DNA of 64,000 nucleotides, taken from a virus. The stretch covers positions 19,943 through 83,942 of the IMG/VR virus record IMGVR_UViG_3300015202_000004. One strand, 5' to 3'. The stretch's first letter is position 1; each line of letters begins with the position of its first letter. A model generated the notes under the pieces. It had not been told where the DNA came from and searched no databases. It was given only the letters and a program-made list of their open reading frames with translations. A program made the position numbers and the translations under genes. Below are positions 17,605 through 27,134 of this stretch, piece after piece.

Positions 17605-20136
17605 TCAATCTTCTAAATTAATTACGTCGCCAAGTGGTTGAATTGTATCTACCAAGAAGCTTCTTTCATCTTTTTTACCTAAAGCAAAATAGGTGTCAAA
17701 AACCCTGATAGAATTTTTATATACTTTCCATACATTGGCAAAAACTAACCATTGTTCTTTGATTCCGTCAACGTTAGTTGCTGTAATTCGTGCGTATTTC
17801 TCGCCGTTCTTTTGATTCATTACTTTGATTTCTTCAATCGTACCAACGGTTTCTTGCTTTTTCTTTTGTACAGCAATTGAACGCAAAGTATGTCGGTATT
17901 TCTCGATTTTAGCTTTGTTCTTGGTTACGTAATCTTCTAGTAAAAATCCGAAGGCTTCACGTTCGAAATCAATCTTCTCTTTGCTAGAATAATCTTCTAC
18001 GTGCAATTCCTTGATAGGATTGTCGTTTTCATCAGTGCCAAGCTCGACCATTTCGAAATCTTCAAGCTTCTTTTTCTTTTTGGCAATTTCAATTTTAGCC
18101 CATGTTAATGCACGATTCGGAGAAAATTCATCAAATGCACCTGCATGAACAAGAGCTTTTAAAACGTCAATCTTGGCAATTTGCCATCTGATTTTACGAG
18201 ATAGAAAATCTTCGATTGAAGTAAATGGTCCAACTTCAGTTCTATTATCTACAATAAGTTTTGCGGCCTTTTCGCCAACGCGATTAATCAGCGTCAAGCC
18301 CGCTACAATTTCCGATTTCTCGTTAATAATAAAATTACTATCGGATAGATTTAAGCTCGGTGCTAGAACTTTATACTCCAATTTTTGGGAAGTTCTAATA
18401 TATTCGATAACCTTATCTTTACCCTGTGAATTATGCACATTGTGAATCATAAGTGAAGTAAGATATTCAAGTGGAAACAAAGTGCGACAAAAGCCTGTTT
18501 GAAAACTAATTAAAGAATACGTCCAAGCATGGGCCTTGTTGAATCCATAACGACTAAAGGGTACAATAAGGTTCCATACGGCTTCAATTTCTGTTGCCGT
18601 GGCACCCTGCTCCAAAGATTGTTTTGTGAACTTATCTTCGAATGATTTTAGCTTTGCAATTGTGTCTGGGTCGGTTTTAACTAATTCAGGCTTGACTTTT
18701 GTTAAGAATTTACGAACTTTTTCAGCCTCGGCGAATCCGCACCCGGTCATTTTCATGACGATTCGGCTAATGTCTTCCTGGAAAACTGCAATGCCGAAAT
18801 TCTTCTTAAGAACATCCTCAAGCTTAGGACTCGCGTAATACACCTTTGCTTGCCCGTTGTGACGGTCAATGAACTGGAAGGCAGCAGAAGTCGCTTTTTT
18901 ATATTCAGGCAGTTCTGGGTCAATTGGCATGCCTTTATCGTCAAGTCTAGCATCCAATGGACCAGGACGGAACAATGCAGTGATTAAAGCAAGGTCATAG
19001 AACTCTTTAGGGTTATACTTGTGCGTAAAAGCACTGATGCCTTCTGGCTCAAACTGAAATACGCCCTGTGTTTGAAAGTTACCAATGGCTTTGTAGACCT
19101 TTGGAATATTCAAGCAAACGGCATTAAAATTGATTAATCTTTCGCCTGTGGATTCTCGAACAATGAATGGCAGCTTGTAATCGGTTCGGCAAACCTTGCC
19201 TTGCTTCTTGCATGCACAAGGACTCGGTGTATCGCCTTCCAATTGGTACCTAGACATAATTAGTTTATTGCAAGTATCAAGCACCTTCAGGGTTTTGAGC
19301 CCAAGGATATCGACCTTAATAACTCCAACAGAACCTAATTCGTTGACGCCTTGGCCTTCAATCCATTCTGTGCAAAGATTCTTCTTGGTAAGACTTAAGG
19401 GCAGCGTTGTACGCGCCGTTTCAGGTAGAATAACTACACCTGCGGCGTGTTGACCACGATACTTTGGAAGAGCATACAAAAGCTTGAAATGCTCAAATAC
19501 TCGTGGAAATTTTCGCTGGAAGTCTTGAATGTCGGTGTTGGTGAAAATTTCTTCACGGCTCATAAGAAGTTCATCATCATTTTCGATAACGTCATCATCG
19601 GCCATGTCACCTGCGATTTGTGCATCAATCTTGAATGGAAGCTTCTTATTTAGCTCTTTGACCTCTTCAGGCGAAACAATTTGGTCACCATCTTCGTCCA
19701 CGATAACGCGGCACAAGTCGTTCAAAAGACTCCTGACTTTATATCGTCCATAGGTTGGAATACCAACAACACGGTCTTCACCATATGTCTTTACAATGTA
19801 TTCTTTAACCAAAGCTGGAAATGCAAAGTCCGTATCAATATCTGGCAAATCACCTGGATTTACAGGATAGTGAAAAGAAGTATGACCAACCGGAGACGTT
19901 GTAAGCCCCAAGTCGATAGCAATTTGAGAATGACATTCATTGATTGGAACTAAAGCAGTAGAATTGCCTTCAAGTACGATATGCTGATATGCTTGAAGGA
20001 AAGCTTTAGGAATGAAATTAGGAGCCTGGGCTAATAGCTCAAGCTCTTTTTCGTGTCGAGGTGTGATTTCTAGTTTTGCTCTTACAAGCTTTTCTAAAAT
20101 TTCACAATCAGTTAATGGCTGTGCGGTTTGTGACAT
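17605..20136 (-). CDS. dnaE: DNA polymerase III alpha (DnaE), C-terminal part: palm, fingers, HhH, OB
   Basis: PDIDTDF, GQHAAGV, KVDILGL, GVFQFE, ALFRPGP, RYGFNKAH; start placed at the second ATG (20136), 7 nt after an internal GGAG SD. Confidence 0.93.
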   Translation of the reverse strand: MSQTAQPLTDCEILEKLVRAKLEITPRHEKELELLAQAPNFIPKAFLQAYQHIVLEGNSTALVPINECHSQIAIDLGLTTSPVGHTSFHYPVNPGDLPDIDTDFAFPALVKEYIVKTYGEDRVVGIPTYGRYKVRSLLNDLCRVIVDEDGDQIVSPEEVKELNKKLPFKIDAQIAGDMADDDVIENDDELLMSREEIFTNTDIQDFQRKFPRVFEHFKLLYALPKYRGQHAAGVVILPETARTTLPLSLTKKNLCTEWIEGQGVNELGSVGVIKVDILGLKTLKVLDTCNKLIMSRYQLEGDTPSPCACKKQGKVCRTDYKLPFIVRESTGERLINFNAVCLNIPKVYKAIGNFQTQGVFQFEPEGISAFTHKYNPKEFYDLALITALFRPGPLDARLDDKGMPIDPELPEYKKATSAAFQFIDRHNGQAKVYYASPKLEDVLKKNFGIAVFQEDISRIVMKMTGCGFAEAEKVRKFLTKVKPELVKTDPDTIAKLKSFEDKFTKQSLEQGATATEIEAVWNLIVPFSRYGFNKAHAWTYSLISFQTGFCRTLFPLEYLTSLMIHNVHNSQGKDKVIEYIRTSQKLEYKVLAPSLNLSDSNFIINEKSEIVAGLTLINRVGEKAAKLIVDNRTEVGPFTSIEDFLSRKIRWQIAKIDVLKALVHAGAFDEFSPNRALTWAKIEIAKKKKKLEDFEMVELGTDENDNPIKELHVEDYSSKEKIDFEREAFGFLLEDYVTKNKAKIEKYRHTLRSIAVQKKKQETVGTIEEIKVMNQKNGEKYARITATNVDGIKEQWLVFANVWKVYKNSIRVFDTYFALGKKDERSFLVDTIQPLGDVINLED

Positions 20137-21539
20137 GCACATTCTCCAAGAATTTTGTCATAGTCGAGTTGGACATTTGCAATCTCGTTGCCAAGTCCAA
20201 AAGTTGGTGGAATTACGCCCTTTGATTTATCTAAGAAGCGTTCAAAATACAATTCAGCTTCGATAGGGTCAACGCCGCTAATATCAGTAACATAAGCAAG
20301 CAATGAACCACCGACGCTACCGCGTCCGATACCTACGGGTTGATGCTTTTTAGCTTCACTAATAATATCGGCTACAATGTTGAAATATGAAGCGAAACCC
20401 AACGGGTTTACAGTATCTAATTCCAATTGTAGTCTTTGCACATATTCTGGCCTTTGGTCTAAACCTTTGCGCTTTAAACCTTCCCAGGCTGCTTTACTCA
20501 AAAAGTCTTCCTGGGTCAAATCGCCTGATTGAAAAATCGGGAACTTAAGCGAAGTATCAAAGGGATATTTTTCAACCATATCCCCAATCTTCCTAGTGTT
20601 TAAAATCGCTTCAGCTAATACTGAAGGGTCTTTGCCTGGCATGTACTTGCGCCATGATTTTAGCAATAAATCTTCGTTCTTAATAAACAAATCTGTAAGC
20701 TGGTCATCGTTGTTAATTTCATCCGGCTCTTTGTCAAGCTGGCGAATCAAACCGCGAGTAGTATGCTGACCTTCGTCAATATAATGTGAATCACAAGTAA
20801 TGACCATAGGAGTGTCAGTCGCTTCTGCCAAAGCAATGATTTTATGGTTGGTTTCTGTCTGTAATTTGATATCGTGAAGCTGTAATTCAAGATAAAAATT
20901 ATCCGGTCCAAAAACTTGTTTGAATCTAGCGATAGTATTTACAGCACCGATAGCGTCATTCGCTTCTAGAAGCTTGGAAATACGACCACCGAGGCAAGCA
21001 GTGGTGGCGATTAAACCACCCTTATGCTTTTCTAATACAGACCAATCTATTCTTGGCTTGTAGTAAATGCCGTCGATAACTGAATCGTTATGGATTTTTA
21101 TAAGGTTTTGGCAACCTTCCCAATTTTTGGCAAGAAGGATAAGATGGTTGTACTTTTTTAGTTTATTGCGAATCTCTTGTGTTTCTTGCACATTATTTTG
21201 TGCTTTAAGAAGTTCTACTTTTTCTTTTTTAGTTGGCTTCTTTTCTTTTTTTAATTCATCAACAACATCTTGAAGCGTAACAATCTTTTCATTAGCTCGA
21301 TAGACTTCTGATACATCGTCTACAAAGTAAGCTTCTAGACCAAAAATTGGTTTGATTCCATGCTTTTTGCAGGCATCACGAAACTGAAGCCATGACGCTA
21401 ACGTTCCGTGTTCCGTAATAGCTAATGCATTCATGCCTAATTCTTTGGCTTTACGGGCCATATCATCGGGTGCAGAAATTGAATCCTGCAATGAATAATA
21501 GCTATGGTTATGTAATCCTACAAAAAGCTTATCGCTCAT
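20112..21539 (-). CDS. dnaE: DNA polymerase III alpha (DnaE), N-terminal part: PHP domain and first palm segment
   Basis: LHNHSYYSLQD, AITEHG, HLILLAKN, CDSHY, GRGS.GGSLLAY..DI..VDP...LYFERFL. Confidence 0.93.
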   Translation of the reverse strand: MSDKLFVGLHNHSYYSLQDSISAPDDMARKAKELGMNALAITEHGTLASWLQFRDACKKHGIKPIFGLEAYFVDDVSEVYRANEKIVTLQDVVDELKKEKKPTKKEKVELLKAQNNVQETQEIRNKLKKYNHLILLAKNWEGCQNLIKIHNDSVIDGIYYKPRIDWSVLEKHKGGLIATTACLGGRISKLLEANDAIGAVNTIARFKQVFGPDNFYLELQLHDIKLQTETNHKIIALAEATDTPMVITCDSHYIDEGQHTTRGLIRQLDKEPDEINNDDQLTDLFIKNEDLLLKSWRKYMPGKDPSVLAEAILNTRKIGDMVEKYPFDTSLKFPIFQSGDLTQEDFLSKAAWEGLKRKGLDQRPEYVQRLQLELDTVNPLGFASYFNIVADIISEAKKHQPVGIGRGSVGGSLLAYVTDISGVDPIEAELYFERFLDKSKGVIPPTFGLGNEIANVQLDYDKILGECACHKPHSH

Positions 21540-22118
21540 TTATCCGTTTGCAATTTCTTCTAAGTCCGGGGTAGCAATTTGCGCTTCTGATTCTTGTTGT
21601 ACTGCTTCTTCGAAAGCCTTTTGGAACTGGCTTGAATCAAATACTTCATCTGCACGGTCAGAACATAGAACGCCGTCAAGATGGTCCATTTCATGTTGAA
21701 TAGCTTGAGCCTCGAACCCATCGAAAGTAAACTCGTATTTCATACCATTCTTATTATGTGTATTACCTTTTTCATCCTGCCAGCTAATCTTAATTTGCTT
21801 ATAACGTTGAAGGCGCATAGTTTTGTCGGGAACTGAAAGGCATCCCTCCATTACTTCATGCATTTCTTCGCTAAATCCTCTTAGAACTGGATTGAACAAA
21901 AAGACAGGTGGGTAATTTTTATTAGTTGACAAGGCAAAACCACGAAGGCTCTTACCTAGTTGTGGTGCAGCAACGCCTGCCGCTCCTGGGTTCGAAGCGA
22001 TTTTACGCATTTCCTGTATGAGAATAAAAATCTCAGTTGAATTAAAATCTTTTACCTTCTTACAAGGTTTGTGTAAAATACGTTCGTGAAGCGGGTTGTC
22101 TACTGTGATAATTGGCAT
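21540..22118 (-). CDS. def: Peptide deformylase
   Basis: All three motifs: GVAAPQLG, EGCLS, QHEMDHLDG. Confidence 0.95.
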   Translation of the reverse strand: MPIITVDNPLHERILHKPCKKVKDFNSTEIFILIQEMRKIASNPGAAGVAAPQLGKSLRGFALSTNKNYPPVFLFNPVLRGFSEEMHEVMEGCLSVPDKTMRLQRYKQIKISWQDEKGNTHNKNGMKYEFTFDGFEAQAIQHEMDHLDGVLCSDRADEVFDSSQFQKAFEEAVQQESEAQIATPDLEEIANG

Positions 22119-22122
22119 TTAT

Positions 22123-22566
22123 TTATCCTAACCTACCAAAGAATTTTTGTTTTTTAATTTCGGCAATGGGCACGAGCATCATTTGTGTCGCCATTCTGTC
22201 TCCGCCCATAACAATGCGGTGCGAAGTAGCATTATTAATACAGTACTCTCTTAACTTAACTCTGTCAAGCATATAAATCTCACCTGCGGCAAAGATAATC
22301 CAAAAGTCAGATTGTGATGCCATAATACCACTTGCTTCGCCACTTTGTTTATATATTTCAATGGCTAAGTTATTAGTTTTTTCAGCCATCAAATCGTTTT
22401 TAACTTCTATTTTCTTATCAATTTCTGGTATGATAATGTCCCATCGAACTTCTTTCCCTGGGACTCGAAAAGCTTTCAGGAAGCCATTATCATGCAATAT
22501 TTTTAGTACTGCATCTTCGGCTACATCACCTATTTTTTTATCAATTGCAAAATTATAAGCGCTCAT
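22123..22566 (-). CDS. PD-(D/E)XK nuclease-fold protein
   Basis: G..AE helix, WDII...KIEVKND pattern. Confidence 0.55.
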   Translation of the reverse strand: MSAYNFAIDKKIGDVAEDAVLKILHDNGFLKAFRVPGKEVRWDIIIPEIDKKIEVKNDLMAEKTNNLAIEIYKQSGEASGIMASQSDFWIIFAAGEIYMLDRVKLREYCINNATSHRIVMGGDRMATQMMLVPIAEIKKQKFFGRLG

Positions 22567-23211
22567 TTTTGTTTTCTTTCAAATAGATTATAGCATTTTC
22601 TAAAGTTGTTATATTATCTTTAGCAAATCCTAATAGATAATTACAATTTGAACATATAAGCCCGCGCATAGTTCCTGTTATATGACAATGGTCAATATGT
22701 GTTTGTGTGTTGTCAGTAAAAGTCACTAAGCATATTCTACATGACTTAGTTGTGTTTATTATTAAAAAATATTGTTCCGAAGTTAGATTGTATTTTCTCA
22801 TTCTACGCGAATGATTTGAACAAACTTTACAGCTACTACTGAGGCCATCAAAAGCTTGCTTATCACTGTAAAACTCAGATACATCTTTTTGAGTTTTACA
22901 TTTATAACATTGTTTGCTACCATGAGATTTTCTTGGAATAAAATTATTTTTCTTTTTTATTCCAATGCACGTTTTGCAATGATTATTAAAACCATCTTTA
23001 TTGCGACTATTTTTATGAAATAAATTTATTAGCAAACTATTTTTACAGAATGTACAATTTTTTATTTTCAAAGAATAATTTGGGGCAACTTTTTTTCTCA
23101 ATCTTGGACTGTGATTTGCACATTTTTTACAAGTACTTTCGTAATAATTTTTTTTAATCTAAAATCATCTAATGGCAAATCTATTAAGCAATCTTTGCAT
23201 GTTTTATTCAT
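22553..23211 (-). pseudogene. EndoVII/HNH homing endonuclease interrupted by a -1 frameshift (pseudogene or recoded gene)
   Basis: SD GGAGGTG + ATG at 23211 gives MNKTCKDC..DDFRLKK; a -1 shift at the A8 run (23148-55) continues NYYESTCKKC into the tracked ORF with CxxC repeats and HIDHCH..G.MRGLICSNCN; 659 nt +1 = 220 codons. Confidence 0.8.
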
Positions 23212-23216
23212 TAAAA

Positions 23217-23247
23217 CACCTCCAGACATATGTTATGCAAGGAGGTG
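23217..23247 (-). promoter_or_regulatory. Hairpin sequestering the endonuclease SD (also terminator-like)
   Basis: CACCTCC-17nt-GGAGGTG; the 3' arm is the SD, followed by TTTTA-ATG. Confidence 0.7.
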
Positions 23248-23286
23248 CCGTATGTACGAAATTAACTTGTTATTTTTGCCCCGGTA

Positions 23287-23532
23287 TTAGCTTTTTTCTT
23301 TAACAATGCGTCTTGCCGCTCGTTCAACGTTTAACTGTCTTGTTTTGCTCATATTATCATGTTGGGCATTATTTCCCAAAGCTCCAATTAATGTCATATA
23401 ATTTTTGCCATAACGTTTAACAACAGCTTTACCGCCTTTGCTTCCAATTTTTGCCATGTATTTTGGACCACGAGTTGCGAACAATGTTTCTCCGCCAGCT
23501 TGACCTTGAACTACTTCTTGTGTATTTGCCAT
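23287..23532 (-). CDS. KGG/GsiB-like stress-motif protein
   Basis: YMAKIGSKGG..VKRYGKNYMTLIGALG repeat; SD GAGGAG. Confidence 0.7.
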   Translation of the reverse strand: MANTQEVVQGQAGGETLFATRGPKYMAKIGSKGGKAVVKRYGKNYMTLIGALGNNAQHDNMSKTRQLNVERAARRIVKEKS

Positions 23533-23649
23533 TTTTTTATTCTCCTCTTGTATTATGCTTTTGTCGCTCGCGCGACTTCATACATATATCATAGTACGGT
23601 TTCAGAAATTTATACACGTAACTGTGAAAAACTCTTGATACTGAGGTAA

Positions 23650-25419
23650 TTAATTAAACAATTTATAAACCATTTCGTGAGTTTCTTTACTTGAAAAAGT
23701 ATAATCTTCAAGCGCTTTCATTCTGTCTCTTCGAAGTTCTTCCTTATGGCTTGAGGCATGTGAATGAATATCGTTCACAGCATTGCTAACTAATTCTGCT
23801 GTTATAGGAACGATTTTATTTGTTTTAGAAGATTCTACCGCAGCCGCATAGACGCTTTGAATTACTGCATGTTCAATTTCAGCACCAGTCATTTGTTTTT
23901 CATATGCTTGGTTAGCTAATTTCATGAGGTCTAAGAATTCTAATTTAAAATTATTTTCTTTAGTTTTAATTTCAAAAATATCTTTGCATTCTGTGATATT
24001 TGGAAGGTCCAACCAAAATTTTGCATCAAACCTACCCGCTCTTTGCAGTTCAGGAGGTAATTTAGATACATTATTTGCCGTTGCAAACATAAATACCATT
24101 TCTTCACGCTCTTGCATCCAGGTTAAAACTTTGCCAAGAATTCGCAAACCCGTTCCTGAATCGCCGCTACTTCCGGTACCGCCAAGGGCTTTTTCTAGTT
24201 CATCAATCCAAAGAATACATGGTGCATTAGCCTCGGCAATAGATAAGGCATTATTAAGATTATCTTCTGATTCACCTAAATATTTACCAAAAACAGAATC
24301 AAAGTTCAATCTAATGACCGGAATGTTCCATTGGAAGCCAACGTAACGAGCAAGTAATGATTTACCCGCACCAGAAACGCCTACTAGGAGGACACCTTTT
24401 GGTGCCTTTAAATTATATTGGTCCCTAATTTTCTTGTTGAGATAAAGTCCGCGACCTTCAATATATTTTTTGAATTCTTCATGCCCGCCAACTCCAATAT
24501 TATTTGGCACTTCGATATACTTAAGCGCACCGCTTTTTTCAATAATTTGCTTTTTCGAGTCTTTAATTTCTGTAACGGCAGATTCTTCTAAGCCTTTGTT
24601 TTTGACACAGGTATAAGCAAGGATTTGGGAGATTTCAGTCTCTGTCAAACCACGAAGATTTTGAACAATTTTTTCCCGCAACATATCCGAATCGGGATGA
24701 CTAGAACGCACTAACTTACCCTTAGAATTAGTATAATTAATGTCTAATTTAAGGCTATTGCCTTCAGACATATCAGAGAGTGCATTATCTAATAACTCGT
24801 TAATATCTACTTCATCTGGCCTTGGCATGTGCAAGATTTGTACGTCTTTTTCAAAGTCGGCACAAGTTCTAGCCGTAGGAGAAAGGAATATTAAAAAACC
24901 ATCATTAATTCTGACATGGTAAATTAAATCTTTAATTCTTCTAACGGTTTGCGGGTAATCAGCCTTAGAAGGGTCCAATAAATTGTGAATATCTTTTAAG
25001 ATATAAACCTTCTTATTAGAATTTGACATGCCATATTCATATGTTTCTTGAAAAGAAACTACGGGAAGCGGCTTTGCTGGCTCACCTGTAATGCCAAATT
25101 GCTTCTGCATATCTGCCGCTTTGCTTGCGCTAGCTTTTGGAGTTTGTAAAATTTTTAAAGGGTTTTTATATATCCCATTTTCAGCTATCATGCTGGGCAT
25201 AAGGTCAAGTAAACCCTCAGTCACCGACCAGGATAAAACTTTAAAAGATGTATCAAGAGCGTTATCTTCGCCTCGATGCAATACAGCAATTCTTCTAAAT
25301 AGACGCAAAAAGCGTTCTTCTTCCTGCGATACAACCCAAGTAGCCATTCTGGCACAAAGCATTGTATTTAATTGCCGGATAAATTGAACGCTTTTTCCCT
25401 CTTTAGGGAGGTTTGTCAT
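23650..25419 (-). CDS. Ycf46-like AAA+ ATPase
   Basis: Degenerate N-terminal AAA (YILKDIHNLL), Walker A GVSGAGKS, Walker B LWIDELEK, RAGRFD. Confidence 0.85.
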   Translation of the reverse strand: MTNLPKEGKSVQFIRQLNTMLCARMATWVVSQEEERFLRLFRRIAVLHRGEDNALDTSFKVLSWSVTEGLLDLMPSMIAENGIYKNPLKILQTPKASASKAADMQKQFGITGEPAKPLPVVSFQETYEYGMSNSNKKVYILKDIHNLLDPSKADYPQTVRRIKDLIYHVRINDGFLIFLSPTARTCADFEKDVQILHMPRPDEVDINELLDNALSDMSEGNSLKLDINYTNSKGKLVRSSHPDSDMLREKIVQNLRGLTETEISQILAYTCVKNKGLEESAVTEIKDSKKQIIEKSGALKYIEVPNNIGVGGHEEFKKYIEGRGLYLNKKIRDQYNLKAPKGVLLVGVSGAGKSLLARYVGFQWNIPVIRLNFDSVFGKYLGESEDNLNNALSIAEANAPCILWIDELEKALGGTGSSGDSGTGLRILGKVLTWMQEREEMVFMFATANNVSKLPPELQRAGRFDAKFWLDLPNITECKDIFEIKTKENNFKLEFLDLMKLANQAYEKQMTGAEIEHAVIQSVYAAAVESSKTNKIVPITAELVSNAVNDIHSHASSHKEELRRDRMKALEDYTFSSKETHEMVYKLFN

Positions 25420-25616
25420 TATGAAATCTCTTTTTCTCTTTCGTTATTTTGAATTTGTTCTTCAGTGGTTAACATTACCATGTCAACAATACCGCCAAAT
25501 TTATCGACGTAAGGTTGAGTAACATTAACGCACTCCGTCGTTCCTAGTGTAACACCTGTGATATTGTTTACTAGGACGTTTCCGCGATTGTCGAAATGAA
25601 TTTGAAAAGTTTTCAT
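25419..25616 (-). CDS. DUF2997-like small protein
   Basis: I.FD..G.V.V....G..G..C...T pattern; position between DUF1257 and the AAA gene. Confidence 0.65.
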   Translation of the reverse strand: MKTFQIHFDNRGNVLVNNITGVTLGTTECVNVTQPYVDKFGGIVDMVMLTTEEQIQNNEREKEIS

Positions 25617-26032
25617 TATGCTTGAATCACCTGGGCGTGGATAACGCCATTTTGGTCGGGTTCGCTTAGTTGAAGTTCATCACCTTGGCTGGCAGCAATA
25701 AGCTGGGCCTTGATGATATTGGTTGCCTGGGTGAGAATGCCCGCAAATTGCTCTTGGCCGTAACCTCTGTTAGGGTACTTAGCCATGGCTTTATGTTGGG
25801 AAATCTCGCCCCAGGCATAGTTATCGCATTCCATCATGTAATTGCCATCAGCACCCTTTTTAATGCCAATGTCATACTGTGGAAGAATAATGACCAAATC
25901 AGCTTTAGTGGTTGCTTCAGCCCACATTCTGACTTTGCCATTTTCTTTATATTCAATACCCATGAAATGAAGCGCGGCTTTAATGAGGCCGAGGTCATTT
26001 AGTTGGGTTTTAACCGTTACAACGTGAGACAT
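25616..26032 (-). CDS. DUF1257 (Ycf35-like) protein
   Basis: MSH...VKTQL.DL..IKAAL..MG...ADLVI...YDIG.KK..DGNY....D.Y pattern. Confidence 0.8.
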   Translation of the reverse strand: MSHVVTVKTQLNDLGLIKAALHFMGIEYKENGKVRMWAEATTKADLVIILPQYDIGIKKGADGNYMMECDNYAWGEISQHKAMAKYPNRGYGQEQFAGILTQATNIIKAQLIAASQGDELQLSEPDQNGVIHAQVIQA

Positions 26033-26048
26033 TTATACTCCTTAAGTA

Positions 26049-26543
26049 TTATCTACCGTACATGAATTCTTCCCAATCAGGTCGTTTTGAGAAACGATTC
26101 ATGAAAACGAAGTGGGAAGGTCGTTTTGGATTTGAGCTTAGGGTAAGACCTGATTTTGCCAATGACAAGTCAGCCTTCCTGGTGTTGCATCGCTGGCAGC
26201 AAGCCACGGTGTTTTCCCAAGTGTTTAGTCCACCCTTTGACTGAGGAATAATATGGTCGATAGTCATTTTAGGGTCTTTAACGCCGCAGTATTGGCAAAC
26301 ATGCTTGTCACGCACCAGGACGTGCTTTTTGCTATATGGAACGGGCTTACGCTTGTAGTTTACGTATTGATTTAGACGTATGACGGAAGGCATAGGCATG
26401 CTCTCATAGCAGCTTGTCAGATTGCGACCTTCCATGCTTTTGATTACATCAGCGCGATTTTTGGTGATTAGCTTTACGGCCTTCCGAAGTGCAAGCACCT
26501 GGAGAGGTTCGTAACTGTTATTAAGAACGAGTACGTCCATCAT
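26049..26543 (-). CDS. HNH endonuclease (McrA-like family)
   Basis: VLVLNNSYEPL, RD...CQYCG, TIDHIIPQSKGG.NTWEN.VACC..CN..K. Confidence 0.9.
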   Translation of the reverse strand: MMDVLVLNNSYEPLQVLALRKAVKLITKNRADVIKSMEGRNLTSCYESMPMPSVIRLNQYVNYKRKPVPYSKKHVLVRDKHVCQYCGVKDPKMTIDHIIPQSKGGLNTWENTVACCQRCNTRKADLSLAKSGLTLSSNPKRPSHFVFMNRFSKRPDWEEFMYGR

Positions 26544-26552
26544 AGTTCCTGT

Positions 26553-26581
26553 ATTATATTACAACCAAGAACATTTGTCAA
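26553..26581 (-). promoter_or_regulatory. Consensus sigma70 promoter
   Basis: TTGACA-17-TATAAT, 10 nt upstream of the HNH ATG. Confidence 0.85.
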
Positions 26582-26584
26582 GAC

Positions 26585-26803
26585 CTAGCGTTTAAGCACT
26601 TGCTCGTCTTTGAGCCGCTGCCTAAGAATTTCTTGACTGTTCAAGGCTTTGATGCTATAAGTAAACTCAAAAGTTCTATCGCACCTCGGACATGAGAAGC
26701 TACTTTTGTCGGAATCTGGAAATGCCATGAATTGCTCAGAGCAAACCGCACAGGTCATTTGAACCTGTGCCTCGGCGTAATCAAAGCGTATCTTATCTGC
26801 CAT
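26585..26803 (-). CDS. Small zinc-ribbon protein
   Basis: CAVC...CPRC. Confidence 0.6.
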   Translation of the reverse strand: MADKIRFDYAEAQVQMTCAVCSEQFMAFPDSDKSSFSCPRCDRTFEFTYSIKALNSQEILRQRLKDEQVLKR

Positions 26804-26806
26804 TGA

Positions 26807-27097
26807 TTATTTGCTTTCAAGTACGCTTTGAATCGAATTATCGGCTTTAGAAACTTGGACCTTAACAATCTTTGGGATTGTTAAGCCATCAGACCCTTCG
26901 ACGGGTACGTCCTTTTGTACGGTTACGACATGGTAATCATTATCACGAGTATCCGTGTGGTCCACTCCATCTAATTGATTAACCATATGAGAGTCTAAAT
27001 CCGAATTGTGGTCAGTTACTGAGAATTTTCCATCTGTCATGTGACCATATTGGTCGCTATTCGCTAAAAAATTTTTGGCTACGTCGATAGGTGACAT
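26807..27097 (-). CDS. Hypothetical protein, probably leaderless
   Basis: Second ATG (27097) lies 5 nt after a -10 box; tracked ATG at 27103 overlaps the -10. Confidence 0.55.
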   Translation of the reverse strand: MSPIDVAKNFLANSDQYGHMTDGKFSVTDHNSDLDSHMVNQLDGVDHTDTRDNDYHVVTVQKDVPVEGSDGLTIPKIVKVQVSKADNSIQSVLESK

Positions 27098-27101
27098 GTT
27101 C

Positions 27102-27130
27102 ATGATACCTTGTTTCTACTTGATTGTCAA
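27102..27130 (-). promoter_or_regulatory. Sigma70 promoter
   Basis: TTGACA-17-TATCAT. Confidence 0.75.
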
Positions 27131-27134
27131 GAGA

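Noticed and set aside
20012-20266. Split intein or -1 frameshift joining the two dnaE ORFs
   Set aside because: No Cys/Ser-start block after FERFL and no His-Asn before a nucleophile; the shared open window has no slippery heptamer; the second ORF has its own SD.
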